A program made the translations under genes and the position numbers. Of a stretch of 64,000 nucleotides of DNA, positions 35,132 through 45,634 are shown one piece after another. Numbering within the stretch: the first letter of the stretch is position 1; each line of letters begins with the position of its first letter. This stretch comes from a virus. The DNA is taken from positions 1 to 64,000 of IMG/VR virus record IMGVR_UViG_3300044695_006284; one strand, given 5' to 3'. Below the pieces are notes generated by a model. That model saw only the letters and a list, made by a program, of their open reading frames with translations. It was not told where the DNA came from and did no database searches.

Positions 35132-35824
35132 ATGCCTAAGATAACATTTCATTCCAATAGAGTATATAACAAAAGCAAAGATGTGCTTGGTCCTAGTCCT
35201 GCTAAAAAAGAAGTTCCAGAATGGTTTTCTGAATCAAGCAGATACTGGTTTCCAGAGTCAAAAGATTCTCTTTCCTTTAAGGCATGCCCAGCACTTGTAG
35301 ATGTTTTTGTATCTGGGTATATGCTCAAAACACCATGCGACATATACTTTGCCAAAGATTCTTCAGGTACAACTGTTCAGGTTACAGAACCAGGTTATGA
35401 AGATTTTTGTGGAGCTCGTCCAGACATGGTTGGGTTTCCAAAACCACATGGATTTGATAAACATTTTCACTGGTACCCAAATTGGATGCCAGGATTAGAT
35501 CCAGGATATAGCGCTCTTTATGTTAGCCCAATGAATCGATTTGATCTTCCATTCATTACTATTTCTGGTATAATTGATAACGACAGGATGAATACCCCTG
35601 GGCTTATGCCATTTTTTCTTAAAGATGGGTTTGAAGGTTTAGTTCCGAAAGGCACACCGTTTGTTCAAATTTTTCCTTTTAAGAGAGAAGAGTGGGACTC
35701 AGAAGAAAAAATGTATACTATTGAAGAGATTTATGATAGGCATAACTATCAGGCAAATATGTTTAGGGTGCCAGAAGGCGGAGCATATAAGAAAAAAATT
35801 TGGTCCAGGAAGAGGTATGACTAA
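35132..35824 (+). CDS. hypothetical protein of the oxygenase cluster
   Basis: FKACP...D...GY; G.ID.D; KGTP.VQ.FPFKR..W. Confidence 0.7.
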   Translation: MPKITFHSNRVYNKSKDVLGPSPAKKEVPEWFSESSRYWFPESKDSLSFKACPALVDVFVSGYMLKTPCDIYFAKDSSGTTVQVTEPGYEDFCGARPDMVGFPKPHGFDKHFHWYPNWMPGLDPGYSALYVSPMNRFDLPFITISGIIDNDRMNTPGLMPFFLKDGFEGLVPKGTPFVQIFPFKREEWDSEEKMYTIEEIYDRHNYQANMFRVPEGGAYKKKIWSRKRYD

Positions 35825-35826
35825 AA

Positions 35827-36537
35827 ATGAAACATGACACAAGTAATAACATAGCAAACTTTAATGCTAAATCGATAACCCCATCTGGATTTTTTGGTAA
35901 ATCTGAAAAAAATATTGTAGAAGTAGAAAATTTTTTAAACGAAGAAGAAATAAAAATAATGATGGAGTTTTCAGAAAACAATTCATCATTTGATAAAACA
36001 GAAACAGAATACAATGAAAATGGAACACTTATATACCAGTCAGATGTTTGGGTAAATAGAGTTGTAACTGGAGACTCATTTGGAGATAGCAATCAGCATG
36101 TTCTGGATTTGCTTTTAGATCTAAGGTCTAGATTTCAAAAAATAATTGAGTCTTTTTTTAATGTAGAGGTTATTCCTACTGGTCCAGCATGTGTCAGGTG
36201 GCCAGTTGGAGCCAGACAGGAACCTCATGCAGACAAAGAACTTCATGAGGGCCCAGACAAAGGCACACCCAACGCATTCCCTTGGTATGACCTAGGAACT
36301 GTATTTTATTATAACGATAACTATGTTGGTGGAGAACTTTATTTTCCACTTCAAGGAATAGAGTTTAAGCCTAAAGCTGGGGCAGCTTATTTTTTCCCAG
36401 GTGACATGAATTATATACATGGGGTAAGGCCAATTGTTTCTGGTTGCAGATACACATCTCCATTTTTCTGGACAATAAAAACATTGCCAGAAAAGTATGA
36501 CGGACCGAAGGATTTTGTGAGAAATGATTATATCTAA
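35827..36537 (+). CDS. 2OG-Fe(II) oxygenase
   Basis: HAD...YNDNY.GGE...HGV....G.RY. Confidence 0.88.
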   Translation: MKHDTSNNIANFNAKSITPSGFFGKSEKNIVEVENFLNEEEIKIMMEFSENNSSFDKTETEYNENGTLIYQSDVWVNRVVTGDSFGDSNQHVLDLLLDLRSRFQKIIESFFNVEVIPTGPACVRWPVGARQEPHADKELHEGPDKGTPNAFPWYDLGTVFYYNDNYVGGELYFPLQGIEFKPKAGAAYFFPGDMNYIHGVRPIVSGCRYTSPFFWTIKTLPEKYDGPKDFVRNDYI

Positions 36538-37240
36538 ATATAAAGACGATTGTTTTACAATAGACGAGTTTTTAACAAAAAATGAATGTGATTCAATAAT
36601 TGCGTATCTGGAGTACCTTGTTGATAATAATATATTAGAGTGGAATCAGATATCATTTTATGACTCTTTCGCTATGGGCTTTTGGCCATATGATCCAACA
36701 CTTGAACACTTTGGGTTACCTCAAAATTATTTCCATGACATTCTAAAAGAAAAAATTAAAAAAGCTTGCGAGTATGTTCTAGAAAAAGAAGTTTCTGAGG
36801 TTAGCTATCATGCACAAAAATGGACAGATGGAGCGTTTGCAACATTTCATTCTGACAATTCAGACGAACACGGAAATCCGTCAGAGTTTGAAAGAAGTAA
36901 ATATGCTGCTTTTATATATTTAAATGAAAACTTTGAAGGTGGATTTTTAAACTTTAGAGATCATGATATAACTGTAGTTCCAAAAATTGGAAGAATTGCA
37001 ATATTTGCTGGGGGGTACAAGAATGAGCATGAGGTTACAAAGGTGCACGGCGGAACAAGATACACTATTGGATCTTTCTGGGATAATGCAGATGCAGTTT
37101 ATACAGAAGAGCAAGTTTTAGAAAGAGAAGAACGGTTAAAAAAGACTAGAGCTGAGCAAGATATAACTTATGCTACATGGCAAAAAGAAAAAGAAATGGG
37201 TATTGTGCCTGACTATATTGGAAAGAATGGTGAGAAGTGA
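36524..37240 (+). CDS. 2OG-Fe(II) oxygenase
   Basis: HSD...YLNENFEGG...HEV..V.GGTRY. Confidence 0.88.
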   Translation: MIISKYKDDCFTIDEFLTKNECDSIIAYLEYLVDNNILEWNQISFYDSFAMGFWPYDPTLEHFGLPQNYFHDILKEKIKKACEYVLEKEVSEVSYHAQKWTDGAFATFHSDNSDEHGNPSEFERSKYAAFIYLNENFEGGFLNFRDHDITVVPKIGRIAIFAGGYKNEHEVTKVHGGTRYTIGSFWDNADAVYTEEQVLEREERLKKTRAEQDITYATWQKEKEMGIVPDYIGKNGEK

Positions 37241-38085
37241 ACAAGATTGAGATATATCCTAGAGTAATCGTTTATAAAAATGTTTTACCAGATTGGGAAA
37301 AGTATTTAAATCTTCTTAAGCGCTCTGAAACAGAAAACGCTAAGTATTTTTTTGAAGAGTGGTCAGATTGGTACGGTCTTGGAACAATGATGAATCTACC
37401 AATGAAAAATAGATATATGGCTTATGAGCTAACATCTGAAGATGAATATGAGTTACTGCAAAAACAGTTTCTAGAAGATCTTACAGAAGCATACTACAAG
37501 TGTACGGAAGATTATGTAATATCTAACCAAATATCTTTACCAAATTGGGCAAACAACGGAATTTCAATATGTAAGTATTTTGTCTCAGAAGACTATAAAG
37601 ATATGGCTATGTCTTATCACACGGACTACAGAGGATTTGATTCAGAGTCTCCAGGTAAAAAATATGCTATAACTTGTACAATTTATTTAAACGATGATTA
37701 TGAAGGCGGAGGTCTATCGTTTCTGCAGGAAGAAACTGGAGATGTTATTGACTACAAGCCCGAGGCTGGAGATATTGTTGTTTTCCCATCTGGAAATCCA
37801 ATAACTGGAACATCTAATTATTTTCATGGTGTCGACAAAGTAGGCGGCAAGGAAAAATACTTTATAAGATGTTTTTGGTCTTATGATTTTCCTGGAACAG
37901 CAGAGTGGCATAGTAATTCAGAAAAGTACGGTAAAGAAGAATGGGAAGCAATGGAAACAGAAAGAATGAAAAAAGAAATAAAATCTGGAATGTGGCATAA
38001 GTATATAGTCAACCCAGGTGAAAAAGATCCAGAGCATACCCAGCAAACTCCATTTTTTAGAAAAAACAGATGGAGAGTTCGATGA
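37237..38085 (+). CDS. 2OG-Fe(II) oxygenase
   Basis: HTD...YLNDDYEGG...HGV......KY. Confidence 0.88.
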   Translation: MNKIEIYPRVIVYKNVLPDWEKYLNLLKRSETENAKYFFEEWSDWYGLGTMMNLPMKNRYMAYELTSEDEYELLQKQFLEDLTEAYYKCTEDYVISNQISLPNWANNGISICKYFVSEDYKDMAMSYHTDYRGFDSESPGKKYAITCTIYLNDDYEGGGLSFLQEETGDVIDYKPEAGDIVVFPSGNPITGTSNYFHGVDKVGGKEKYFIRCFWSYDFPGTAEWHSNSEKYGKEEWEAMETERMKKEIKSGMWHKYIVNPGEKDPEHTQQTPFFRKNRWRVR

Positions 38086-38702
38086 AGATAACAAAACTAG
38101 AAGATAAAATATTTTATTATGAAAATTTAATAGACGATCCAGAAAAATTTATAGATGATATTTCTATTCCAGATAGAGTGGATAGAAATTTTCAAATTTC
38201 AAAGTGGGATGAATGGAAGTCAAGCGATAGCGATTTAGTTTATGGAAATAGCAAATCTGGATCATTTTCTAACATTAACTTTTCAACTCAAGAAGATATA
38301 TCTATATCCTTAAGAGCAATGCAAACAAAGTTTATATCAGACATAGTTTTTGCAAACTATATAATGGAAACTAAACATCCTCATTTAAAGCTACCCGATT
38401 ATTTTAATATCAGAAAGTATAACGTAGGGGCAGACATGGGAGAGCATGCAGATTCTAGCGATACAACTGATATGTATCATCCTTTAGTTTCTGGAGTTTT
38501 ATACATAAACGATGATTATGAAGGCGGCGAGTTGTCTTTTTCACAGCAAGGAATAACAATAAAGCCTTCTGCTGGAAGCCTGATTGTCTTCCCATCATAT
38601 GAACCCTACTACCACAGGCCTTTGCCAGTAAAAAGCGGAGTAAAATATATGATTCCATTTTTTTGGTATCCTGTAGAAACAGAATGGGTAAATAAAAAAT
38701 GA
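38082..38702 (+). CDS. 2OG-Fe(II) oxygenase
   Basis: HAD...YINDDYEGGE...H...PV.SG.KY. Confidence 0.88.
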   Translation: MKITKLEDKIFYYENLIDDPEKFIDDISIPDRVDRNFQISKWDEWKSSDSDLVYGNSKSGSFSNINFSTQEDISISLRAMQTKFISDIVFANYIMETKHPHLKLPDYFNIRKYNVGADMGEHADSSDTTDMYHPLVSGVLYINDDYEGGELSFSQQGITIKPSAGSLIVFPSYEPYYHRPLPVKSGVKYMIPFFWYPVETEWVNKK

Positions 38703-39331
38703 TGTACCCTTATGTTGTTGTTGGGACAAATTCTCTTTATTTTATAAAATCGATTAATGAACCAATATACTTAATAGATTTTATAGAAAAAATAAATTCG
38801 CTAGATGAATCTTTCCCTGTTATATCTAAATGGGAAAACGAGGAAGACAAGCTTTTTAAAAAGACCGTTCATCTAGACGCACAAGATATATCAAATCAAA
38901 AAGTTTTGCAAAAAACTTTATACATAAAGAATAGTTTTTTGTCTAATATAAACTTTTGTAAAAATCTTTATGCAGAGGCAATGGGATTAGATTGTGGCCC
39001 AGTAAGTGATTTATCAATATATAAAAAAATGCCTGGGTATATTGAAAATAATTTAAAAAAAGAAAAAACGGAAAATCTTATAAATGTTTATGTTATTTTA
39101 AATTCAGATCCAGATTCCAGACCCTTTTGCCTAGATAAAGAAAAGGAGCTATACATAAGACCAGAGCCTGCTAGCATATTCATGATACCAGACAGCCTGG
39201 ACCAGATTGTTGGACAAAATATAACTAGTATTACTTACTATGCAAAAGCTTCCTTTTTGATTAATCCTAGAGAGTTCTATAATTCCGAATCTGCTTTAAA
39301 TCTAGATACTTCCGAATATAAAATCAATTAG
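38699..39331 (+). CDS. degenerate 2OG-oxygenase-like protein lacking metal ligands
   Basis: Layout similar to neighbours (VILN, I.P.P.S....P) without HxD or distal His. Confidence 0.5.
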   Translation: MMYPYVVVGTNSLYFIKSINEPIYLIDFIEKINSLDESFPVISKWENEEDKLFKKTVHLDAQDISNQKVLQKTLYIKNSFLSNINFCKNLYAEAMGLDCGPVSDLSIYKKMPGYIENNLKKEKTENLINVYVILNSDPDSRPFCLDKEKELYIRPEPASIFMIPDSLDQIVGQNITSITYYAKASFLINPREFYNSESALNLDTSEYKIN

Positions 39332-39345
39332 GATATAATGTAAAT

Positions 39346-41106
39346 ATGTCCTACTACCTAGATATAATCAAAGATTCACCAATTGGCTTTTGGAAGCTAG
39401 ACGAGCTATCTGGTAATATTGCCTATGATTTTTCTGGTTGTGGAAATAATGGATCTTATGTCGGACAAATATCTAAACTTGGAATGCCAATTGTTTTGGG
39501 AGGAGATCATTCAAATAAAATTGATAGCTCAAATTATATACAATTTACAATATCAAAAGATTTTTCTGGAACAAATGGAACTGGTGGCTTTGCAACTTTA
39601 GATACTTACGACAACGATTTTTCCCTTGAGGCATGGATACATCCAAAAACACTTACAGGGCTAACTCCAATTTTAGCAGACTCGGCTGGTATTGGATTAT
39701 ACTGGGACAACGGAAATGTTGTTTTTAAATTAGAATCTGAAAGAATTGACTATTCGGTTCCAAATCCAAATAGAGTTATTCATATTGTCGGAGTTTATTC
39801 TACAAGATTAATGAGCCTTTATGTAGACGGAAAAGTTGTTCAAACCAAACCACTATCTAGCAAGTTTACAAATACAAGCGTAACTCTTATGTCTGGCCCA
39901 GCAAGCTCAGGAGAATATTTTTTAATTGATAGCCCAGCTATTTATAGATATGCTTTATCTAGCTCTTCCATACTATCACATTACAATCAATTGTTTTCAA
40001 ATAATGAGGAGCAGATTTCTGTGCCAGATTTTGGACAGTTATTTTTAGTTTCAGAAAAATACTATAATGCAGAAGGAAGGTATTACTATCCAGAAACGGA
40101 AAGCTGGAGATCTTTAACATACAATAATAGTAATTTATCTTATGATGAAAGAAATAATAGTGTTTATTTAAGTTCTGGCACTCAAGGAGAAATTTTAGAA
40201 GAAATAGTATTGAATACTACAAAGCCCTATGTGTCTTCTAAAATAAACTGGGTTGCATCAACTGGAGTTTCTATTTATGTTTCAGAAATATCTGATGCTG
40301 GTCCGTGGACTATTTGTACAAATGGATCTTCTATACCAGGGTTTACAGAAGGATCTAGCTTTTCTTCAAGAAAAGTTTTATATTTTAAAATTCAGTTTAA
40401 TTCTTCAGACCTAGACAAATATAAGCCAGAGTTGTATTCGTTACGAATTTATTTTTATACTGAGAAAAAAATGTCTGCCCATAATGGTGGAAACACTATT
40501 TCTACATCACAACCATTGTCTGGCTCATCCTGGGATATTGATTTTTCAACCAACAGCTACCCAGTAAGATCTAGAAATTATCATAATGGTGCTAGGGCAA
40601 AATCTTCAGCAATACTTGTTAGCCTAGCAGAAGAAGTAAAAAGCATAGAGATGATATTTACTCCAAAATCATTATCCAGCGGACATATTCTTTTTAATAA
40701 AACTGGCCTTGTAGAAACACAACTTGCTTGGGCATCTAACGGATCAATTTCTAAATCAAATATTTCTAGCATATATATAAATGGACAGGATGCAACATCT
40801 GCAACAAATATATCTTCTTATCTTTATATAGATGAGCCAAACTATATATTTATAACGGCATCATCTTTAATTTCTGGAGACCTGTGGCTTAATGGTAAAG
40901 AGATTTTAGGGGTTAGGTCTGGGGTACTAGATGATAATTTGTATCAAAATATTGCCACGTATTTAAGCTCTACTATAAGCCCAGAAGAACACTATAATCT
41001 TTATATCGGTAAGCCTTCAGCGATAGGCCAAGGTTCGTCTATAAGCATGACAGAAGAGCCAGTATCAACATACTCTAGAGACAGAGTTGTGTTCCAAATA
41101 ATATAA
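39346..41106 (+). CDS. LamG/concanavalin A-like domain virion protein
   Basis: D.P.GFWKLDE..G..A.D.SG; FSLEAW; H.VG.Y.....LYVDG. Confidence 0.8.
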   Translation: MSYYLDIIKDSPIGFWKLDELSGNIAYDFSGCGNNGSYVGQISKLGMPIVLGGDHSNKIDSSNYIQFTISKDFSGTNGTGGFATLDTYDNDFSLEAWIHPKTLTGLTPILADSAGIGLYWDNGNVVFKLESERIDYSVPNPNRVIHIVGVYSTRLMSLYVDGKVVQTKPLSSKFTNTSVTLMSGPASSGEYFLIDSPAIYRYALSSSSILSHYNQLFSNNEEQISVPDFGQLFLVSEKYYNAEGRYYYPETESWRSLTYNNSNLSYDERNNSVYLSSGTQGEILEEIVLNTTKPYVSSKINWVASTGVSIYVSEISDAGPWTICTNGSSIPGFTEGSSFSSRKVLYFKIQFNSSDLDKYKPELYSLRIYFYTEKKMSAHNGGNTISTSQPLSGSSWDIDFSTNSYPVRSRNYHNGARAKSSAILVSLAEEVKSIEMIFTPKSLSSGHILFNKTGLVETQLAWASNGSISKSNISSIYINGQDATSATNISSYLYIDEPNYIFITASSLISGDLWLNGKEILGVRSGVLDDNLYQNIATYLSSTISPEEHYNLYIGKPSAIGQGSSISMTEEPVSTYSRDRVVFQII

Positions 41107-41168
41107 TTTTGTCAGGCTGAGTGACAAAAGCTGGACTTATGTATACAAGAATGGTAAAATAATTAACT

Positions 41169-41513
41169 ATGGACATTAAAAGAATTAACGCTCAAATGAA
41201 GTCTGGAGAAACCAGGCTTGGAGTGTATGTCTGGGAAATGCCTGATGGAAGATGGGTCGGAGACGAAGACAATAACTTTTTGTCTATATCGTCCATGATT
41301 GGAAACAAAGAAAGAATTGCTTTGCTTGCAACAGCCGTGGCACACTATGGGATCGATGTTGGCCAACCTAAGTTTATTGAGGGAAGCCGACAAATTGATG
41401 ATGAAGAGTTTGAGTATCAAAAGCAAAGATTAAGATGGGGCCTAACTCCAGATCCACTGGACATCGGTGTTCACAAGGAAGAAATGGCTAGACTAAATGG
41501 TGGTAAAAAATGA
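41169..41513 (+). CDS. hypothetical protein preceding the portal gene
   Basis: ORF with TGGTAAAAT -10 upstream. Confidence 0.75.
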   Translation: MDIKRINAQMKSGETRLGVYVWEMPDGRWVGDEDNNFLSISSMIGNKERIALLATAVAHYGIDVGQPKFIEGSRQIDDEEFEYQKQRLRWGLTPDPLDIGVHKEEMARLNGGKK

Positions 41514-43090
41514 TTGAATACGATGAAGATACAGTTCAAGATAATGTAGAAATATCTAATGTTGCAGATTGGATGAGATTTAATAATCCCACAACACAAA
41601 AATCTGACGATCTGTTTGATATAGATGCCGAAGAGATATTAAAGCTTTCAGGACTTGGAGCTTCATTTAGAAGAAAAGTGTCTAGAGACCTACAAAAAGC
41701 TTTTACTGGTAAAGATGGTGCCGTAACCCAGCAGCTTCAACACCAACAGGCAGTTAGCGGATACGCCACGTTTGATCTAATTCAGCCAGAGTATAACTTA
41801 GATTATCTTTCAACAATTTATGAAATTTCACCTTACAACTATGCAGCAATAAATGCAAAAGTTGCTAACATTGTAGGACTAGGGTTTGACTTTATTGAAT
41901 CAAAAAAAACCACAGATACCCTAGAAGATATAGAAGACGATAAGCAGCTAGAAAGAGCACGTAAAAAGTTAAATAGGATTAAGCAAGACCTACACCGTTG
42001 GCTAGAGGATTGCAACGAAGATGAAACATTTAAAGAAACTCTTGTAAAGTTCTACACTGACATAGAGGCTACTGGTAATGGCTATCTGGAGGTCGGTAGA
42101 ACAACGACTGGTAAGATAGGGTACATCGGTCATATACCTTCAAAGACAATGCGTGTAAGACGCCTTAGAGACGGTTTTATACAGCTTCTTTATGGCAAAG
42201 CTGTTTTCTTTAGAAATTTTGGAGACACAGAAACCGTAAACCCAATTGCTGGTCAAGAAGACAGACCTAACGAGATTATTCATTTAAAGAAGTACACTCC
42301 AAAGAATAATTACTATGGAATCCCAGACATTATTGCTGCACAAAACGCTATGGCTGGAAATGAATTTGCTGGTAAATACAACCTTGACTATTTTGAAAAT
42401 AAGGCGGTTCCAAGATATATTATTACAGTAAAGGGAGCAAAGCTTTCTACAGAATCAGAAAGAAAATTGCTTGAGTTTTTTCAGGTAGGATTAAGAGGAA
42501 AGAACCACAGATCACTATATATTCCGCTTCCTCCAGATTCTCCAGATTCAAAAACTGAATTTAAGATGGAGCCAATTGAGGCGGGCTCGCAAGAGTCTTC
42601 ATTTAATATATATCGCCAATCCAATAGAGATGAAATATTAATGGCTCACAGAGTCCCAATTAATAAAATTGGCACACCAGCAGGAATCAACCTTGCCGCA
42701 GCCAGAGATGCAGATAAGACATTTAAAGAGCAGGTTTGCAGACCAGCCCAAGAAAATCTAGAAAAGAAATTAAATAAAATTATTCAAGAAATGACCGATG
42801 CTCTAGAACTTAGATTTAATGAATTGAGTCTTACAGATGCAGATACCCAGTCAAAGATTGATGAAAGATATCTTAGATTCCAAGTAATAACTCCAAATGA
42901 AATTAGAGTTAGAATGGGAATGGTTCCAAGAGATGGTGGGGATGTCCCAGTAGATCTTGCAGCCCAAGCCGCCGAAATTAAGGCTCAGGCCAACCAAAGC
43001 AGAGCACGTGACCAAGAAAGATCTGCAAATTCTCCAGATAAATCTGGGGAGGGTAGAAATGCAAAAGGAGATGGAAGACAAGTCAACTAG
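41510..43090 (+). CDS. portal protein
   Basis: GNGYLE, IIH.K......YYG.P, F.N.A.P, VP..K.G, TPNE.R..MG. Confidence 0.9.
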   Translation: MIEYDEDTVQDNVEISNVADWMRFNNPTTQKSDDLFDIDAEEILKLSGLGASFRRKVSRDLQKAFTGKDGAVTQQLQHQQAVSGYATFDLIQPEYNLDYLSTIYEISPYNYAAINAKVANIVGLGFDFIESKKTTDTLEDIEDDKQLERARKKLNRIKQDLHRWLEDCNEDETFKETLVKFYTDIEATGNGYLEVGRTTTGKIGYIGHIPSKTMRVRRLRDGFIQLLYGKAVFFRNFGDTETVNPIAGQEDRPNEIIHLKKYTPKNNYYGIPDIIAAQNAMAGNEFAGKYNLDYFENKAVPRYIITVKGAKLSTESERKLLEFFQVGLRGKNHRSLYIPLPPDSPDSKTEFKMEPIEAGSQESSFNIYRQSNRDEILMAHRVPINKIGTPAGINLAAARDADKTFKEQVCRPAQENLEKKLNKIIQEMTDALELRFNELSLTDADTQSKIDERYLRFQVITPNEIRVRMGMVPRDGGDVPVDLAAQAAEIKAQANQSRARDQERSANSPDKSGEGRNAKGDGRQVN

Positions 43091-43108
43091 TCCTACTCAA
43101 CTAGTTAT

Positions 43109-43137
43109 TTGCCTTTTGATACAACAATCTCTATAAT
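43109..43137 (+). promoter_or_regulatory. sigma-A-type promoter TTGCCT-N17-TATAAT
   Basis: A similar TTGCCT-N17-TAAAAT precedes the major tail gene (~48736-48764). Confidence 0.6.
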
Positions 43138-43146
43138 ATATAACAT

Positions 43147-44463
43147 ATGATCATAGAAAAGTCACATTGGTCTTCTAATGGAAATGCTATTAATTTATCA
43201 GTTCCATTTACGAAGGTCAATAGAGAAAAAAGAACAGTCTCAGGATTCGCAACATTAGATAACCTGGATCAGACTGGTGATGTCGTTACTCAAGAAGCTA
43301 GCATGAAAGCATTTGAAAGCTTTAGAGGTAATCTAAGAGAAATGCATCAACCACTTGCAGTTGGCAAGGTAGCATCTTTTAGACCAGAAACTTTTTATGA
43401 TCCTGCAACAAAAGAATTTTACAACGGTGTTTATGTTGATGCATACATTTCTAAGGGCGCTCAAGATACTTGGGAAAAGGTACTAGACGGAACACTAACA
43501 GGATTTTCTATCGGCGGAAAGATTATTGAATCAGATAACGAAGTAAACAAATCAACAGGAGCATCAGTAAGGTTTATTAAAGACTATGCACTAGTTGAAC
43601 TATCAATCGTTGATTCACCAGCAAATGAACTATGTAACATTTTATCTATTGAAAAAGTAAATGGACAAATGATTTTTAAAGGCATCGCAGCAGATGTTAA
43701 AATGGAAAATATTTTTTATTGTGCAGAAAGTGATTCTGTATTTATGTCAACAGAATCAGAATACATATCTCCAGTTACTGGTAAAAAAACAGAACTCATT
43801 GGATGGGTAGAATCAAACGACGTAAACAAAGGAAAAGAAATAGAAAAGATTCTTGATTCACGTAGATCAAGATTGCAAACATTGCCTGACAACACAAATA
43901 TAAATATGGCAATTGCAGAAGGAGGAAATGAAGTGGAAAAGCTTAATGTAACAGAAGCAACTCCAGTAGTAGAAGAAGCAGTAGCTCCAGAAGCACCTGC
44001 AGAAATTATTGAAGAAGTTGCCCCAGTAGAACAAGAGTCTGCTGAAGTTGTAGCTGAAGAAACTTCTGCCGAAGTTCTGGAAAAATCAGCAGAACTAACA
44101 GTTCAGGAATCACCTGACTTTGTTAAAATGCTAGGCGACCTTAAGGGTTTCTTCTCAGAGACTTTGGAAAAGGCCTCTGAGGCAAACGCTGCTCAGGTTT
44201 CAACAATCAAGGAGACAGTCGAAGCTTTTAGCAAGAATGTCGATTTGAGAATTTCAGAATTAGCAGAAAAGCACACAGAACTCTCAACAGCAGTTGATTC
44301 AATTAAGTCCATCATGGACACAGTTGAAAAAAGAGTAGACGCAGTAGAATCAGACACTGCAATCAAGAAGTCCTCTGACCTTGGCGGGTCAGCTGGAGTA
44401 ACAATCAAAAAATCAAAATGGAACGGCACTTTCCTCGGTTCCGTTAGCGAATTAACAAAATAA
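43147..44463 (+). CDS. prohead protease with C-terminal scaffold-like region
   Basis: V.GFAT...D..GD, REMH, GFSIGG, ELS.VD.PAN; acidic coiled-coil tail. Confidence 0.88.
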   Translation: MIIEKSHWSSNGNAINLSVPFTKVNREKRTVSGFATLDNLDQTGDVVTQEASMKAFESFRGNLREMHQPLAVGKVASFRPETFYDPATKEFYNGVYVDAYISKGAQDTWEKVLDGTLTGFSIGGKIIESDNEVNKSTGASVRFIKDYALVELSIVDSPANELCNILSIEKVNGQMIFKGIAADVKMENIFYCAESDSVFMSTESEYISPVTGKKTELIGWVESNDVNKGKEIEKILDSRRSRLQTLPDNTNINMAIAEGGNEVEKLNVTEATPVVEEAVAPEAPAEIIEEVAPVEQESAEVVAEETSAEVLEKSAELTVQESPDFVKMLGDLKGFFSETLEKASEANAAQVSTIKETVEAFSKNVDLRISELAEKHTELSTAVDSIKSIMDTVEKRVDAVESDTAIKKSSDLGGSAGVTIKKSKWNGTFLGSVSELTK

Positions 44464-44481
44464 GGGTATGGTGAAAAACTA

Positions 44482-45531
44482 ATGAGTAATGAACTATTAG
44501 CAAAAGCAGCTGAAGCAGGCACAACACTAACAGGTGGAATGACTGGCGCAGCAAACCCTACCGACGGAATTCACGTAGGTTCCGAGGGTAAGGGAGGCTT
44601 GCTCAATCCTGAGCAATCCGCAAGATTCCTCGATTACATGTTCGATGCAACAGTAATCGGTAAAGTAGCACGTACAGTTCGAATGAGAGCTGACACTACA
44701 GAGATTGATCGTATCGGCGTCGGAGAAAAGCTTATGAAGCTTGCATCTGAAGCAGAGAACACTGGCACAAACTCAGCAGTACAGTTCTCAAAGATTTCTC
44801 TCACAACAAAGAAGCTTCGCCTAGATTGGGAGCTTTCAACTGAGTCTCTAGAAGACAACATTGAAGGTGCTGATCTAGAAGATCACATTGCAAGACTTAT
44901 GGCAACACAGGCTGGTAATGACCTAGAGGACGTAGTCCTTAACGGTAACACAGCTCTATCTTCAGATAACCTATACAAGGCATTTGATGGTATTGTCAAG
45001 ATTGCAAAGACAAATGGTCGTGTAGTAGCTGGAGCGGGTGCAGTAGTATCTCGTGACATCTTCAACAAGGCACTAAAGGCTATGCCACGTAAGTACAAGC
45101 AGCGTCGTCCAGACCTACGCTTCCTTGCAGGCTCAAACCTAATTCAAGACTACTTGTACTCAACATCACAGAACATCCAAAACGTTAACCCACAAGATAT
45201 CGCTTCAAGCATTATCCGTGGAGACCAGGGTGGTCTAGGTGGTCCAGCAGGATATGTGGCACCATTCGCATTTGGTATTCCAATTGTTGAAGTTCCACTA
45301 CTTAAGGAAACACAGACAGGTTCATATGCAACACCAACAGGAGAGCACGGAGACGTCCACTTGACATTCCCAAATAACGTTGTTATTGGTATCAAGCGTG
45401 ATGTAACTGTTTACCGCTTCTTCTGGCCAAAGAAGGACTCAATCGAATATACAATGTATACTCGTGTTGGTACCCAAATTGAGCAGGCAGATGCATGGGT
45501 AGTCGTAAAAGACGTTAAGGTTGCTTCTTAA
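44482..45531 (+). CDS. major capsid protein (HK97 fold)
   Basis: GGLLNPEQS..F; LEDNIEG; D.E...LNG; position after protease. Confidence 0.9.
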   Translation: MSNELLAKAAEAGTTLTGGMTGAANPTDGIHVGSEGKGGLLNPEQSARFLDYMFDATVIGKVARTVRMRADTTEIDRIGVGEKLMKLASEAENTGTNSAVQFSKISLTTKKLRLDWELSTESLEDNIEGADLEDHIARLMATQAGNDLEDVVLNGNTALSSDNLYKAFDGIVKIAKTNGRVVAGAGAVVSRDIFNKALKAMPRKYKQRRPDLRFLAGSNLIQDYLYSTSQNIQNVNPQDIASSIIRGDQGGLGGPAGYVAPFAFGIPIVEVPLLKETQTGSYATPTGEHGDVHLTFPNNVVIGIKRDVTVYRFFWPKKDSIEYTMYTRVGTQIEQADAWVVVKDVKVAS

Positions 45532-45552
45532 TTAAATAAGAAATAACTACCG

Positions 45553-45582
45553 AAAGGCCCCCAATTAATTTTGGGGGCTTTT
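45553..45582 (+). terminator. Rho-independent terminator after the capsid gene
   Basis: GCCCCCAA...TTGGGGGC-TTTT. Confidence 0.85.
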
Positions 45583-45634
45583 CATTTTAATTTTATAGTG
45601 CTATAATTTATGTACATACCAAAGGAGTATATAT

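Noticed and set aside
41169-41513. Terminase subunit call for the gene before the portal
   Set aside because: No recognisable motif; no large terminase is visible in this window.
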